Assembly: GCA_002633005.1 (NCBI GenBank)
Contig: NMRA01000138.1
Coordinates: 465,404-529,403, forward strand
Direction of reading: 5' to 3'
DNA from: Phoronis australis
Taxonomy: Eukaryota; Animalia; Phoronida
Length of the DNA: 64,000 bases
Part shown: positions 51,901 to 64,000 of the stretch, piece after piece
Numbering within the stretch: position 1 is the first letter of the stretch
Layout: the number at the start of each line of letters is the position of its first letter
The notes under the pieces: generated by a model
What the model was told of the DNA's origin: nothing
Databases searched by the model: none
Seen by the model: only the letters and a program-made list of their open reading frames with translations
Made by a program: the position numbers and the translations under genes

Positions 51901-54900
51901 ATCAACAAGTGAACTCAATATATTGAAGTTATCTGGTTATCATTTTACACACCCAGAACAATCTAGCTTTTAGCTGACTGGGATAGGCTAATTCCTTGAC
52001 TGGACACTAGGTGGAGATAATTGGTGCATTGGATTTTACTTTACAGTACAACTTGCATAAGTCTGACATGCCTCAATTGGACTTGTCTGAGATGAATTTT
52101 CACTTTTTCGGACAAAAGTTTTGGATATAATTGCTCCAGTTAATGTATTGACGCTTCGAAAATAATTAGTCAGATTTCAGTTTACTTGAATTAAAACTCT
52201 CGGTCTGGTTGGATCTGACTTCTGCGAGTTTTAGTTTAGTTGGTGTTATAAGACATTACACGTCAGGATTGTGTTTATTGTGGTGATCAGTGCTAATGTG
52301 GTGATCTATGTTATTATTGTGTGCTTTCAGAGAGAAGTTAGAATTGGAACATGAAAATGATATAGGTGAGAAGTTTATTCTCCATTCACTAGTTTGGTTG
52401 TAGATAGCTTTTAGTCCTTTATTTGTAAGAAGTGTGCTGAAGCCACTAATCATCCAACTGTGACTCACAGGAACCCCTAAACGTTGGTTCCCTCGTGCAC
52501 TGGGTCTTCCAAGAAAAGTCTGCTAAACAACAATGACCTTGCAGTTTCCTCCTGTCTGGCTGTATCCATGTAGTGGTTGTCTGTGCTGGATAAAAAGTTA
52601 TTGACTTTTGTGTTGAAATGCTTTGATGTCAACTTTTCCGTTTTATTTTAATTAACATGTCGCAAGCTCTACCCTGTCTGGTGCTATTCACCAAAAACGT
52701 ATCTGACCATTAATTGTACTTGAGTTGTTTGTTTCATATTAGATGTAACCCCTCATTTCCAGTTTCTCCTGAAGACTTCCAACTCCTGAAGAACTTTACT
52801 GGCTTGCCAGGAAACGACCTGCTATCGAAAAGTGAAAAGACGGTAAGTTTTTATAAACTTAAGCAATGTGTCTCCAGTGAAAAGATCATAGCTGACGCTG
52901 ATTTTAGGAGGCTTTGTACAGTTCTCATTTAGTTTTGCCTGGCAGGGCACATATCTCTGGACTTTGTGCCTTTCTTCCTCTTTGTCAAAAACTCTATGAA
53001 CAAAAGAAAAGTAGTGAGTCGTTTCATACAAAACTCTTACAAATGACTACAGTAACTTTATTCTGTCTCATATTTTTGGTCTATTCACTTCCACTGAAAA
53101 AGGAGCCGAGTCTCAGAAAAAAGGTTTCAAAAATGGAAAATCGACCGTTTTAAACCCCCCAAAACACCTCTTCCCTGCCAATGCTGGACACAGGCCAGCA
53201 CTAGATTCTGAATGAAAATTTCTCGTAGATTCTACAAATGTGGTCCAAAAGTGCTGCCATCCAAATACATTTTTCGTATTCTAGGTTGTTTAAGAGCTTC
53301 GTGAAATTGCAGCAGATGAACAGTAAACCAGGTTCACCGATATTACTAGTAATGCCCATCTCAAAACTGCTGCCAAACTGAGCCTACCCCAAATATTTAA
53401 TGTAGTTGTTGTTGGCGACTTGATATGACTTATTGTACAATCTCAGGACACATGAAGGACAACTGAAATTTTATTTTTTCATTTTTTCATAGAAGATGGG
53501 TGGCACCAATTAAATGCTTCATTGTTTTATACCAGAACTCTCATCAAACAATGTTTTGAAAAATTGTGGGTATTCAAAAAATGTTTTTGAAAAAATTAAA
53601 AAGGCAGTCTTGATTATTTTTGTCTGAAATTGGTGGGATTTCACCTTACTATGAGAACTGTGGCAGTTCCATTTTTCTTTTGACTGTGTCTCATCCTGTC
53701 TCTATTTTTTCAGTTATGCAAGTCTATTGGCATGAAACCTGGAAGTTACATTACCATAAAAACATCCATAATTAAAGTAAGTTAACATGGCAACTTAGTA
53801 GACAAGTCTCACATTTGTACTTGTAAATTTGTGACGTGGGGCACAGGTATGGGATGTTCAAATATGAAGTAGTATTTGTGACATGGGGCACAGGTATGGG
53901 ATGTTCAAATATGAAGTAGTATTTGTGACATGGGGCACAGGTATGGGATGTTCAAATATGAAGTAGTATTTGTGACATGGGGCACAGGTATGGGATGTTC
54001 AAATACGGAGTAGTATTTGTGACATGGGGCACAGGTATGGGATGTTCAAATATGAAGTAGTATTTGTGACATGGGGCACAGGTATGGGATGTTCAAATAC
54101 GGAGTAGTATTTGTGACATGGGGCACAGGTATGGGATGTTCAAATACGGAGTAGTATTTGTGACATGGTGCACAGGTATGGGATGTTCAAATACGGAGTA
54201 GTATTTGTACTTGTAATTTGTGACGTGGGGCACAGGTATGGGATGTTCAAATATGAAGTAGTATTTGTGACATGGGGCACAGGTATGGGATGTTCAAATA
54301 CGGAGTAGTATTTGTACTTGTAATTTGTGACATGGGGCACAGGTATGGGATGTTCAAATACGGAGTAGTATTTGAATTACTGAAAATTACCATTAATATA
54401 CTAGTGAATTCTCGAAAAGGTCAAATAGACATGTTAAAGCTGCATTTTGCTGTATTAGCTAAACATGAAAAATCAAATTGGACCTTTTTTCTCTTAATGT
54501 TGTGTAGGATCTTATCGACAAGTTTGTACATTTAGCCAAATGTTCACAAAATTATAGAATTTTTGCCGGCTGCTAAGAAGGTCACGCAACCTTGTTTTTT
54601 TAGGAAAATTATTAAGGAAAAAAGAAAGGTTCATTCATAACAAAACAATAGAATCAATAACATGACCAAATTTCATGTGGTATAAATGTTCAAGATATAA
54701 ACTCAAAAATGCTTTTACAGTTTTCTGAATTATTGTTTCGTATTCATTTTATTCAACTTTATTTTTTTTATAAGAATCATGTAAGTCCAATTTTTGCTAG
54801 CCCCTCATGTAAAAGTGAAATATTTTAAAAACAATTTTAACAGGGTTTTGGAGAACAGTGTAAAGCATAGTATACGAGTTTCTTGTACATCTGATCAGGC

Positions 54901-55455
54901 ATTTCTGAGATACGATGTTCTGAAGTTGGCCAAAATTGTAGATTGTTCTAGCGTCCACATAACTTTAAAATCATTCTCATAATAGTCCTTGCTGTGATAG
55001 GATTCCATTTCCGTTACTAGGTCAGTGTGTCAGGAAATATGTACCATTTTCAAATTTGCAATTTTAGGGCTGCCCAGCGGAAATGAACTCTGAAGCATTT
55101 TCATACACTTGTTGGTAACAGATTTAGAATCCTACCACAGTAAAGAATATTATGAGACTCAATTTTCGTTTTTTAACCGGCTTTACATGGAGTACTGCTG
55201 CTTTAACTTCCATTAATTATGAATCTTTCCATTGTATTCTTTCTGAGGTTATCCTATGAATTTGTCTTATCAAGAAGGTAAATTCAACAAAATAATGCTT
55301 CTTGTTTAATTCATTATTGTTATCATTTTCAGGACTATCTACAACGAAGACAGGGTCTACCGGTAAAATTACGATATCCTAGTGGCTTGGATAAAACTCA
55401 CCGGCGAAAAATACTGAACTTTCTCCAACAAAACGGATGGATCACTGCAATATGA
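42912..55455 (+). CDS. TADA2B: Transcriptional adapter 2-beta (SAGA HAT module), ~436 aa, 16 exons
   Basis: Exons 42912-43004 (GC donor), 44120-44179, 44759-44862, 46029-46069, 46820-46870, 47310-47366, 48099-48202, 48644-48716, 49385-49621, 50294-50365, 51075-51142, 51459-51508, 52331-52365, 52763-52842, 53714-53776 and 55333-55455. ZZ finger CSYC..CVEC..LCLQCFACGAE, SANT WTCTEEMLLLEGVEQYGFGNWDDIS, GPLSPS..YMPLRDDFEREFDNDAE, and SWIRM-like end LDKTHRRKILNFLQQNGWI. Confidence 0.93.
45621..45794 (+). repeat. 17-bp minisatellite, ~10 copies
   Basis: Unit CATGTGATTCAGGTGTA. Confidence 0.95.
53828..54373 (+). repeat. 47-bp minisatellite, ~11 copies, some with a 12-bp insertion
   Basis: Unit TTTGTGACATGGGGCACAGGTATGGGATGTTCAAATA(TGA/CGG)AGTAGTA. 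Confidence 0.95.
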
Positions 55456-57644
55456 CTCTGTGTCTGTCTTGTGTTTACCTTGGTTTGTATGAAATCATTG
55501 CAATATGACTGTGTCTGTCTTGTGTTTACCTTGGTTCATGTGCAATCATGGTTAATGATGTCATCGGGTCTACAAACAAGTCAACTATTGGCAAGCTAGT
55601 TCAAGTTTGATTGAAAGAGCACAGTAATTTTCGAAGAAATATGTAATCTTATAAGTTGTCTCAAGAGGACCTTCAAATTAATGGCAAAAGTAATGATGGA
55701 AATACAGGAACACAGGATGCAACAGAATTGTTCTGATCCTTGATTTTGTCTTTTCGATGTGAACAAATTGACACGTCCTTTCTGAAAACTATTGTGCCCA
55801 CCAAGTTGTTTCAGTGAAGTATTCAGAACAACATTTCACTGAAACAACCAATCGTAAGTACATTCGCATCCCCAGTCATTGTCAATCTTGTGTTCTTGGA
55901 CAAGATTTGTGAGGCTGTTACTTAAAGTCTGTATTACTGTCACAAGATCATGGTTAACATCTTGGGTTATAGATTTTTATGGACACCGAAATGTTTTGAG
56001 AATCCTGGGTTAAAGTCCTTGGGGAGGCTGAAATGTGCTTAATAAGTCCATGCCATCTCGTGTTAACATCATGACTTCTTTTAAGTAGACGCAGCCGTTA
56101 CACAAAAAGTGTATATTCTTATTGTTGTTTAGTTCTGTTCTATCATTTCTTTTACTCTTGGTTTTTCTAGTGCAACTTTTGAGTCTATTAAATCTCACTC
56201 ATACAGGTCTGTTATTAATTACCATTTTTGTCCATCACCATGAGTTTCTTTTGTATGTTTAGTTTCTATTTATATTTGAATAATGTTTGTGTTCTACCAT
56301 ACTCATCTGGGTTGCCGCCCAGAGCTCTTGAATTGGGGGACAAAAAATCAGGGGTGTGCATGAGTCAAAAGAATCATTTTAAGTCTCCTTCAGAAAAGGG
56401 GAGTGTAGTACATACGTTCCTTGTCTGGATAATTTAATGTTCTGTCGAAATTGATCATTACTCAAAAGTAAGGTAGTTTTGATAAGATGGGTGCTTTTAA
56501 GGAAACCTTGGTCATGCATGGGTGTTATTTGGACGAGTTTTGATTGTTCCATACTTTAATTTTTTTGTCTTGTGGTGAAGACGGAAGTTGCCAAAATGGG
56601 TTAAGATGATGTTGGACCATATCCAAATGTCTCCAACTTTAGAATATTTCTCCAAGGTATCTGATTGAATTTGTATCAAACTTTCATATACTGGGCTTCA
56701 TGCTCTGTTCTACAAATCTGTTTTAGGAATTGTTTGTAAAATGTTCCACTTTGACAGGAAGGCTATCAAATATGAAGTTAGCGACGTTTTTGAGATTTCA
56801 TCTAACATATCAAACAAAATTTTGTCATATTATTGATACGGTAAACCTTTCGTTTTAGCTAAAATTTACTAAAAAATAACATGATCACCTGACCCAATTA
56901 ATGGCAGATTGGTAAAAAGTCAAAGATCAAATTCTACTAACTTTTAGAAAATATGTACTTGTTCTGAGTTAAAATCTATTGCTTTGCAGATATTTGGTTC
57001 ATTACTCATACTTGTCGTTAAGGTCCTACATAACCTTAAAATCTCCGTTAAAACCTTGTCTCGCATTTTGTTGGTGATAACTGAAAGGATTTGTTAGGTT
57101 GTTACGGCACACTGCAAAAATAGGATGTATTCCAACTCGCTAGGTGGATACTATTCTGGAATAGACTTACCAGATTGCTGGAGACACACAACCTATAACT
57201 CTGCTCAATTTTTATTTTACTATGTAGGTGCGATAGTTGAGTAAATTGGTGTTGCGTTCTCAACATAATTTTATGTTAAAGAAATGTGTTAAGTTACTGG
57301 TAGCATTCAATTCATTACATTTGACTCTGCTCCAACCATTTTTAGTCCAACAATTTAGCCTCAGATTTGACATTTGCGGCAACAGTATCATTAATCTTGT
57401 CAGACATCCTGAACATTTCAGAAAACAATTGTCCAAAGATGTGTACATTCATGTAACTGTCAGACTTTAGTTTTAATGCAGTGAGTGAGGTATGAACGAT
57501 CTAAGAATGAAAGAGTGAGCGTTTGTATGTAATTTATTATGACAAGCTGTGTAGTAGATAGAATAATGTCAGGTACAAGATTTTATTGTAAAACTCTGTA
57601 TATGCTGTTTTGTACATATAACTTCTATGTTATAGACAGTTTTT

Positions 57645-57650
57645 AATAAA
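57645..57650 (+). terminator. Candidate polyadenylation signal of TADA2B
   Basis: AATAAA preceded by TGTA motifs and followed by a T-rich tract, ~2.2 kb after the stop codon. Confidence 0.45.
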
Positions 57651-59380
57651 CGTGTCTGCACAAAATTGCTTTTATTTTGCTTACAAAGCCCCATTGTTGG
57701 TATATAAACCCTCTTAATGCAGAATTTTCAGGTGGTTGGCAAGTCTATACCAATAAAAGTTTGGTCTAAACTGGCTTTAAAGTTTATTTTAACACTTTTT
57801 GCACTAATTTCTCAGTTTCTTGTGCAATGTATGAAAACAGAAAAAAAATCTTGTTGTTTTTAAGCAGTTAAAATCTGACGTCAAACATTAAGTAATCACG
57901 CAACAGTGTATTTTGTATTTAATTTAAAAGTTCATGAAAGTTTTAAAAAATTATCTGTAATTTATCCAGCCGTTTTTAATCCTAACAAAAAAGTGAATAA
58001 CGAATTTCAAACGCGGGTACAGATCACTGGATGCTGACCTGGGGTTTCACAGAGTACATATGTAGAGAGCACTGTGAAGTTTCCTTGATCATTTGAGCAA
58101 AGCAATGGTTTGAGTTCCCTTACCTCGAACTTTATTGTAACTGTTCTATTTCATAGAGCATTCACCAATAACCTTCCACATAAATACTCTAAAAAGTCTC
58201 GTGGCAAGTGTAGCCAATGTTTTTTTTCACGGCATCAGCTAAGGCAAGGAATTGGTGTTGTACGTGAATTTGGAATCTTGAGTGAACTTGGAATAAGTGT
58301 ATAACTTCTGAGTAAAATTTCGCCGTGAGTCGAATGGTGGACATGAGTTTGTCGTGAGCACAGACATCTTAAATACTATATGTGATGTCTATGGTCGTGA
58401 GTTATTGTTTCTGTTTTATTGCCCATTTTGTATGTTATTCCGTGCTTTCCATTTAAAAACTAGGGGTGGTTCACTGAGATGGGTGGGTGAGGATAGGACA
58501 CCAGTACGGGGCCAGACACAGAATNCTCTTCGAAATTGGTAGCAGTGTCTTTTATGTCTCAACTTCTTTAGTAGTCCTTGGTCTCAACAGAGCATGTTCA
58601 AGCTACTCAGGGACACACAACTGGTCTCATTGACGACAGATGCTAATGAACATCTTTATCGCTTACACAGAATCTGTGATAACCATTCGTGCTCGTGTCC
58701 ACTGTGTCAACAGATTAGCCAAGGTTGGTGGAGCCTATTTCATTGCTGTTACAGCATCTGAAGCTCCTTGCCAATGAAGCATCGTAAATGCTACTTGCCA
58801 CTCAAGAATCACCATAAATGCTACTAACCAATGAATTCTTGACATTTGTATTATCAGGCTGAGAGTGAATGGTGTAGGAAGTGCCGTAATCGTTATACTG
58901 ATCCCAAGCCTAAAATGGAACAGTGCCTAAAGTACAAGATCTGAAGGTTTTTATTGGAATCCTATAAGCCATTTGCGAGATGTGTTTTCAGCTTTAGTTC
59001 GTATACGAACTAAGTTTGGACATTTGTCCAGGATCTCCCATGACCTTAACCTGATGATTGAACATTATTCTTTTACTGGGCAGTGTAATGATATCGTATA
59101 ACTATTGGTCTTCACACACGCCATATGTTGACCACATCAGGGGTTAGTTAATAAGTTAGCAGAAAGTCCTGGTATCAAACCTTTGTGGGGACAGAGATCA
59201 TTTTACATGTAACTATATGTATTACCCATATGCCACCAAAATATGGCTGGGTGTGTAAAGATTAACAATTCTTGCTTATTCTTAAAATTTTATTATTTTT
59301 TCCTTGAGAATTAAACTTTGGGCAGACTCTACTCAAAAATGGAACCTGTTATTGTGACAGAATCAACTTATTTGCTATGT

Positions 59381-59940
59381 AATTGCACCCAAATATTTAT
59401 ATGTTAGTGCGTATAGTGCCATCATCTTCATCTTGGCATCTGGGCATCCTGCATCTGGTCTGCTGCCATTTAATTATTTTTAGACTGTTGTCGTCTGCTT
59501 CTGTCTGGGCGTCCGCGACTGTATCTCCTAAATCTCTTGCAGGATCTTACTGAAATTTGGCAGTTGTGTTCCTATGTGGCTGACGATGAGTTTCGTACCA
59601 ACCGAATACCGCTGTGCCCTCTAGTGGCAATTTCATTTTTTTATCTTCAGAGTTTATTGACAAATTTTCATGAAATTTGGCTTAAAGGAAATGGGAAGGC
59701 GTTGTCGTGTCCTATCTGCCACATTTCATGAAAACACAAACTGAAATTTGAAGGTACAGAGGCAAACTTAAAAAAACCTTTTGCCACTAAGGGCATAGTT
59801 TTATCGGGATCAGTTCGACACTCATTATCATTTGTACACGGCTCCGTAGGAATACACCTTTAAATCTTACAAAGCTAGGAGATTCAGCTGCAGACGCAAA
59901 GAAAATAAAATTGCCACTAGGCGGCGACACAGCAGTCAGA
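59381..59940. mobile_element. Degenerate, rearranged HINE copy of the same family as 19588 and 23461
   Basis: Shares GCACCCAAATATTTATATG, CTGTATCTCCTAAA, GAAATTTGGCA and GTGCCCTCTAGTGGCAATTT. The distal part is inverted (GCCACTAGGCGGCG at ~59913). Confidence 0.65.
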
Positions 59941-60691
59941 CACGTTTGAAAGTCAATGTCAGTCATGGCCATAGACATCTTAATGCAGCAGAATATCTGT
60001 GCAAGTCGGGATGTTGCGATGTTGCATTTTAAAGGTACATGTACCAAAAATTAAATTGAACTAGACAGATTTGAACTGAAGTCTCCAAGACTCTTCCAAC
60101 TTTGGTTAAATTTCTTACCAGAATAATTTGTCAGTTTAGTCGAACATTTGTCAGAGTTTAATGTGACATTGTGTCTAGTCACTAATTGCTTGTTTGTGAA
60201 TGGACTTGCGCAGTAAGTTGTCGCAACATCGACTAGCTGCATGGAGTAAATCCTGCCTAGTTTTCGTTGAGATTTAGCTAGAATCGGATTGGATTCTATT
60301 AAAAAGAAACATGTGTTTTATTAGCCTTGTCAAATTACGACATCTGTCTAGTTTGGTTTGAAAAATACTGTATGCTTGTTTTGTACCTTTACACAGCCTG
60401 TTTTATGTTGTATTGTAATTTGATGGTATGCTGGAGCAAATAAAAACTTAGACATGTCCATACAGATATTTTTGAACCAAAGTCCTTTAGGTATTTTCAA
60501 ATATCTTTAAAAATCATCCACCATTTTAGTCCTAACACCCATCAGGTAAAGTGACTCCGGTTCACCTGCACTAAAATGGAGAACATGTTTTCTTAGACCA
60601 GCTTTCCTAAAAGAATGGGCCCAACTGTTTTGTGTGAAAGTGTCATAATCGTTAATTTTGTTTTTAAAAATGAAAATATGAAACCGAATAG

Positions 60692-61167
60692 TGGTTCACC
60701 ACGTGTCTTTTTGTAAAGCATATATACAATCATTCAAATTTTAATCAAGGGCATGGCTAGTTTTAACTTGAAATTGGGTAGAGAACAACTACAAATGCAT
60801 TCAGAGGTGTTCCAAAAGTAATAGAAAATGCATTTATAACACGTTGTAACAGGTCAGAGAACGTTTGGTTCACCACACGATTTTTTATAAGGAAGAAATT
60901 GAATTAGTCCATGATTAAGCAAGGGCGTGGCTTGCTTGATCTTGGAATTGGGTAGAAAACAGGTGCGACTGCATTCATAGTTGCTTCAAAAGTAATAGAA
61001 AATGCATTTATAACATACTGTAACCAGTCAGGGAACGTTTTGTTCACCACACGATTTTTTGTAAAGAAGAAGTTGAATTATTGGCCAAGTTTAAGCAAGT
61101 GCGTGGCTTGCTTAAACTTCAAATTGGGTAGTAGAAAACAACTGCGACTGCATTCATAGGTGTTTCC
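60692..61167 (+). repeat. ~174-bp tandem repeat, ~2.7 copies
   Basis: Recurrent GTTCACCAC..TTTTT..AAGGGCGTGGCT..AATTGGGTAGAAAACA..TGCATTCA at ~60695, 60868 and 61042. Confidence 0.8.
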
Positions 61168-61709
61168 ATGTGGAGAATTTCTCGCTTACACTGGTCACCG
61201 CTAAGATTCCTTCAGCCCCAGACAAGATGCCTATTCAGCTCGCCCTTTGTATTGATGTAGACAGTGAGCTAATGAAATAATACGACTTATGGCCACCGTA
61301 GCCGTAGGTCTATCTTGAATGCCTACTGAGGGAACATGTAATCGCATTACAGTCCTTAAATGTTTTTTTTTTATTCCGATCTCTGTGTACTAACCAGTAT
61401 TCATGAACAGGCCACGGGAGCGTTTAACTCTCTCCTCCCCGTTGCCTCCCAGTAATGATTTCAGCCCAAGCGCCTAATTGTTCTGTGATTCCGCTTAATT
61501 CCAAGTTCACGCAATGTTCTAAATTCACGTACGGGATGAGACAGCTTGCTTAATTTCAAGATCACTTCTGTGATCTCGAAATTCCAAGTTCACGCAACAC
61601 TCATTTCCGCTTAATCTTGAGATTAAGCAGGATTCCAAGTTCATGTGCAGCACTTGGAAGCAATTCTTTTCGTTTTCTGCCACCAGATGACGCTGTCACA
61701 ATAACAAAA

Positions 61710-61822
61710 ATGGCGCTTTCGTTTGCAACGTCCGGTTCTCCTGCTTATTCCGTTTTAGCCTGTTTAGTTATTTCTTTTATGTACGTCGGTAGTTTGTATC
61801 TGTGGCGTTCGCGATATGGAAG
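61710..61822 (+). CDS. RCE1: CAAX prenyl protease 2, first coding exon; the gene continues right out of the window
   Basis: MALSFATSGSPAYSVLACLVISFMYVGSLYLWRSRYGR|gtatgt. The YVGSLY(V/L)W motif followed by R is characteristic of the RCE1 N-terminus. Confidence 0.85.
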
Positions 61823-61984
61823 GTATGTGGTGTATTGTTAGCTTTTGAAATTCTCAAAAAGCCTCTAAATCTAAGCAGGAATGAGATTTGACTTGGCTCA
61901 GTCCTCCACATTGGCACTGACGTGACTGGCAATGCGACTCACTACTCCGCCAGACAAGCTAGACAGTGGTCAGCTTCTGTACTA

Positions 61985-62467
61985 GCACTTCCAGTGGAGA
62001 CGATGGAGCTCCTATAGGCGTTTCATAAGCCACAAGCTTTTCGCCGAATTATGCCTCGCACTGACTAAAGCATCAAAGTCAAGTTGTTATAAATATAGAC
62101 ACCGGTGACCTGGCTAAACTCGTGAATATAATCATATTAAGCAGCTGATTGTCATACTACCCAATGTCATATCCCCTGGCATGCACAGAGTGAAAATGGC
62201 GAGTTAGGCCAGTTACCGATTTTGGGAACTGAAGGAGGGACTGCTCGAAGAAAAAAATTCATAACGCCGTTTTGACATAACGGGAGTATTTGTTCAAGTT
62301 GTAAGGAATTAAATACATCGACAGCCTCCTAAGGTGTCCCTCTTTGCGTAAAAGGTATTCATAACAATGTGACTTTGATGTTTTAATCAGTGCGAGGCAT
62401 AATTCGCCGAAAAGCTTCCGGCGTATGAAGCGCCTATAGGAGCTTCACCACCTCTACTGGCGGTGCC
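61985..62467. mobile_element. Long-TIR MITE in RCE1 intron 1
   Basis: ~100-bp imperfect inverted arms (CCAGTGGAG..CTCCTATAGGCG..AAGCTTTTCGCCGAATTATGCCTCGCACTGA, with its reverse complement at 62364-62460). Confidence 0.8.
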
Positions 62468-62664
62468 AGGCATGTGTTCTGTTACGTGCAAAGCACATGA
62501 CTGCATTTTGCCTTCCTTTGCAAGATTCGTGCATCTACAGAATTAAGCCCAGTCCAGGCCACGGGAGCTTATCATACTTCCTATACATAATACCTTGTAG
62601 TAAACTAGTAATACTAATGTGTCCACCTTGCAGTACACAGTTAATGTCACTGTCTAAACTGGCC

Positions 62665-63480
62665 CCAGTAGAGAGGGTGGTCATCCCATAGGCCCTCCAT
62701 ACGCCGAAAGCTTTTCGGTGAATTATGCCTCTCGCTGATTAAACCATTAATGTAAACAGCGACCACTGTCTCTAGCTGGCTCAATAGAGACGATGCAGCT
62801 CTTATAGGCGCTTTATATGCTGAAGGCTTTTCGTCGAATTATGCTTCACACCGACTAAAACATCAAAGTCATGTTGTTATCAATGCCTAATAGGAGGCTG
62901 TCGATGTCTTTAATTCCTTCCATCTCGAACAAATATTCCCTTCATTAAAGTTTTTCTTCAAGCAGTTCCTTGTTCATTTCTCCAAACTGACCATTTTTAC
63001 ACTGCGCACGCGAGGAGATATGACATCATACCAAAAATGGCCGGTTACCAGTTTTGGAAACTGAACGAAGGGCAGGTCGAATAAATAAGTTTGATACAGG
63101 GAGTATTTGATTGAGTTGGGAATAATTAAAGACATCGATAACCTTTTAAGGTGTCTCTCGATGCGCATTAGGTATTTATGACAATGTCACTTTCCTGTTT
63201 TAGTCGGTGTGATGCATAATTCACCGAAAAGCTTCACTGTCTCTATTCGGCCAGTTAAAGGGGGTGGTCACTGTCAACCATCAATGCTGCTATAAGTATC
63301 TCTTGTGCATAAATTACTCCCGAAATCAAAACTGTCTTTCAAAGAGTCCTTTGTTCAGTTGCCCAAATCAGCAACTGGCCATTTTTATCGTGCTCACACC
63401 AGGGGATATGATGTCATATTTGTTCGAACTGAGAAGATTTACAAACATCAATGGCCTCCTAAGGCTTTAAATCCTTTAGG
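62665..63480. mobile_element. Further copies and fragments of the same MITE family, including an inverted full copy at ~62775-63255
   Basis: Repeats of AAGCTTTTCGGTGAATTATGC and internal segments reverse-complementary to 62160-62345. Confidence 0.7.
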
Positions 63481-63761
63481 TGTCCCTGTTACTGCCCAAA
63501 CCGATGCCTGCACCAAACTGAAGCTATTGTAAGATCCCATATTACTGCCAGTGGTTTGCAGGTGTATTTAATGGTTATCAGAACTGAAATGGGGCTATTC
63601 GGAAAATTTACAATAACTAGAGGGCGCGCATGTACTAGTGGTGATAGATTAACAGCCTCGATTTCGTGAGCCCTTTAAATACATGGTGAAATGGCTTGGA
63701 GCCGTGCCAACTGAATCTGAGATTGCGTGAAAAGGGTGCTTCTATGAGAGGAAGTAAGCAC

Positions 63762-64000
63762 CAGGGCTTGGAATTTTCCGCGGAAACGCGGATTTCCGCT
63801 TTTTTTATAATATTTCCGCGTAAAAAAATCGGATTTGATATAAAATTTCCGCGGCAAATTCCTTTCTTACCGCGGCGTTGCAGACGACGTTCACCTCGAA
63901 AAGCGGAAGTTGCTCTTTATGTTTCGGAGGAACGTAAATTGTCAACATTGCCGGGGCATCTGGGACAGCGTGGTGGGATTTTCAATGGCGTCTCGTGTTA
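63762..64000 (+). mobile_element. Possible left end of a hAT-like MITE
   Basis: CAGGGCTTGGAATTTTCCGCGG terminus with repeated TTTCCGCG subterminal motifs. The partner end is not in the window. Confidence 0.4.

Noticed and set aside
53828-54535. CRISPR-like array or repeat-protein ORFs
   Set aside because: Head-to-tail 47-bp units with no unique spacers, inside a eukaryotic intron. It is a minisatellite.

Overview
This is AT-rich, intron-rich animal genomic DNA, probably from a lophotrochozoan such as a mollusc (inferred, not shown). Most entries in the ORF track are spurious or exon fragments. Splicing exons by hand gives six host genes: HDDC3/MESH1 (-, 5' part), a 19-exon PWWP + integrase-binding-domain gene of the LEDGF/HDGFL2 family (+), a p24-gamma TMED7-like gene (-), a 5-exon secreted Spaetzle-like cystine-knot gene (+), a 16-exon TADA2B (+) and the first exon of RCE1 (+). 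The main candidate novelty is in intron 5 of the PWWP gene. It holds a PIF/Harbinger-type Myb/MADF gene whose DNA-binding exon is wrecked, while its second exon is an intact 299-codon frame that is phase-compatible with the host. This predicts a chimeric PWWP-Harbinger short isoform. Also notable: a complete 538-bp TRIM retroelement with tRNA-like sequence inside both LTRs, Helentron-type HINEs carrying co-oriented CTCF-like motifs, a pair of adjacent perfect palindromes, several MITEs and minisatellites. Family assignments come from motif recognition only; no searches were run.
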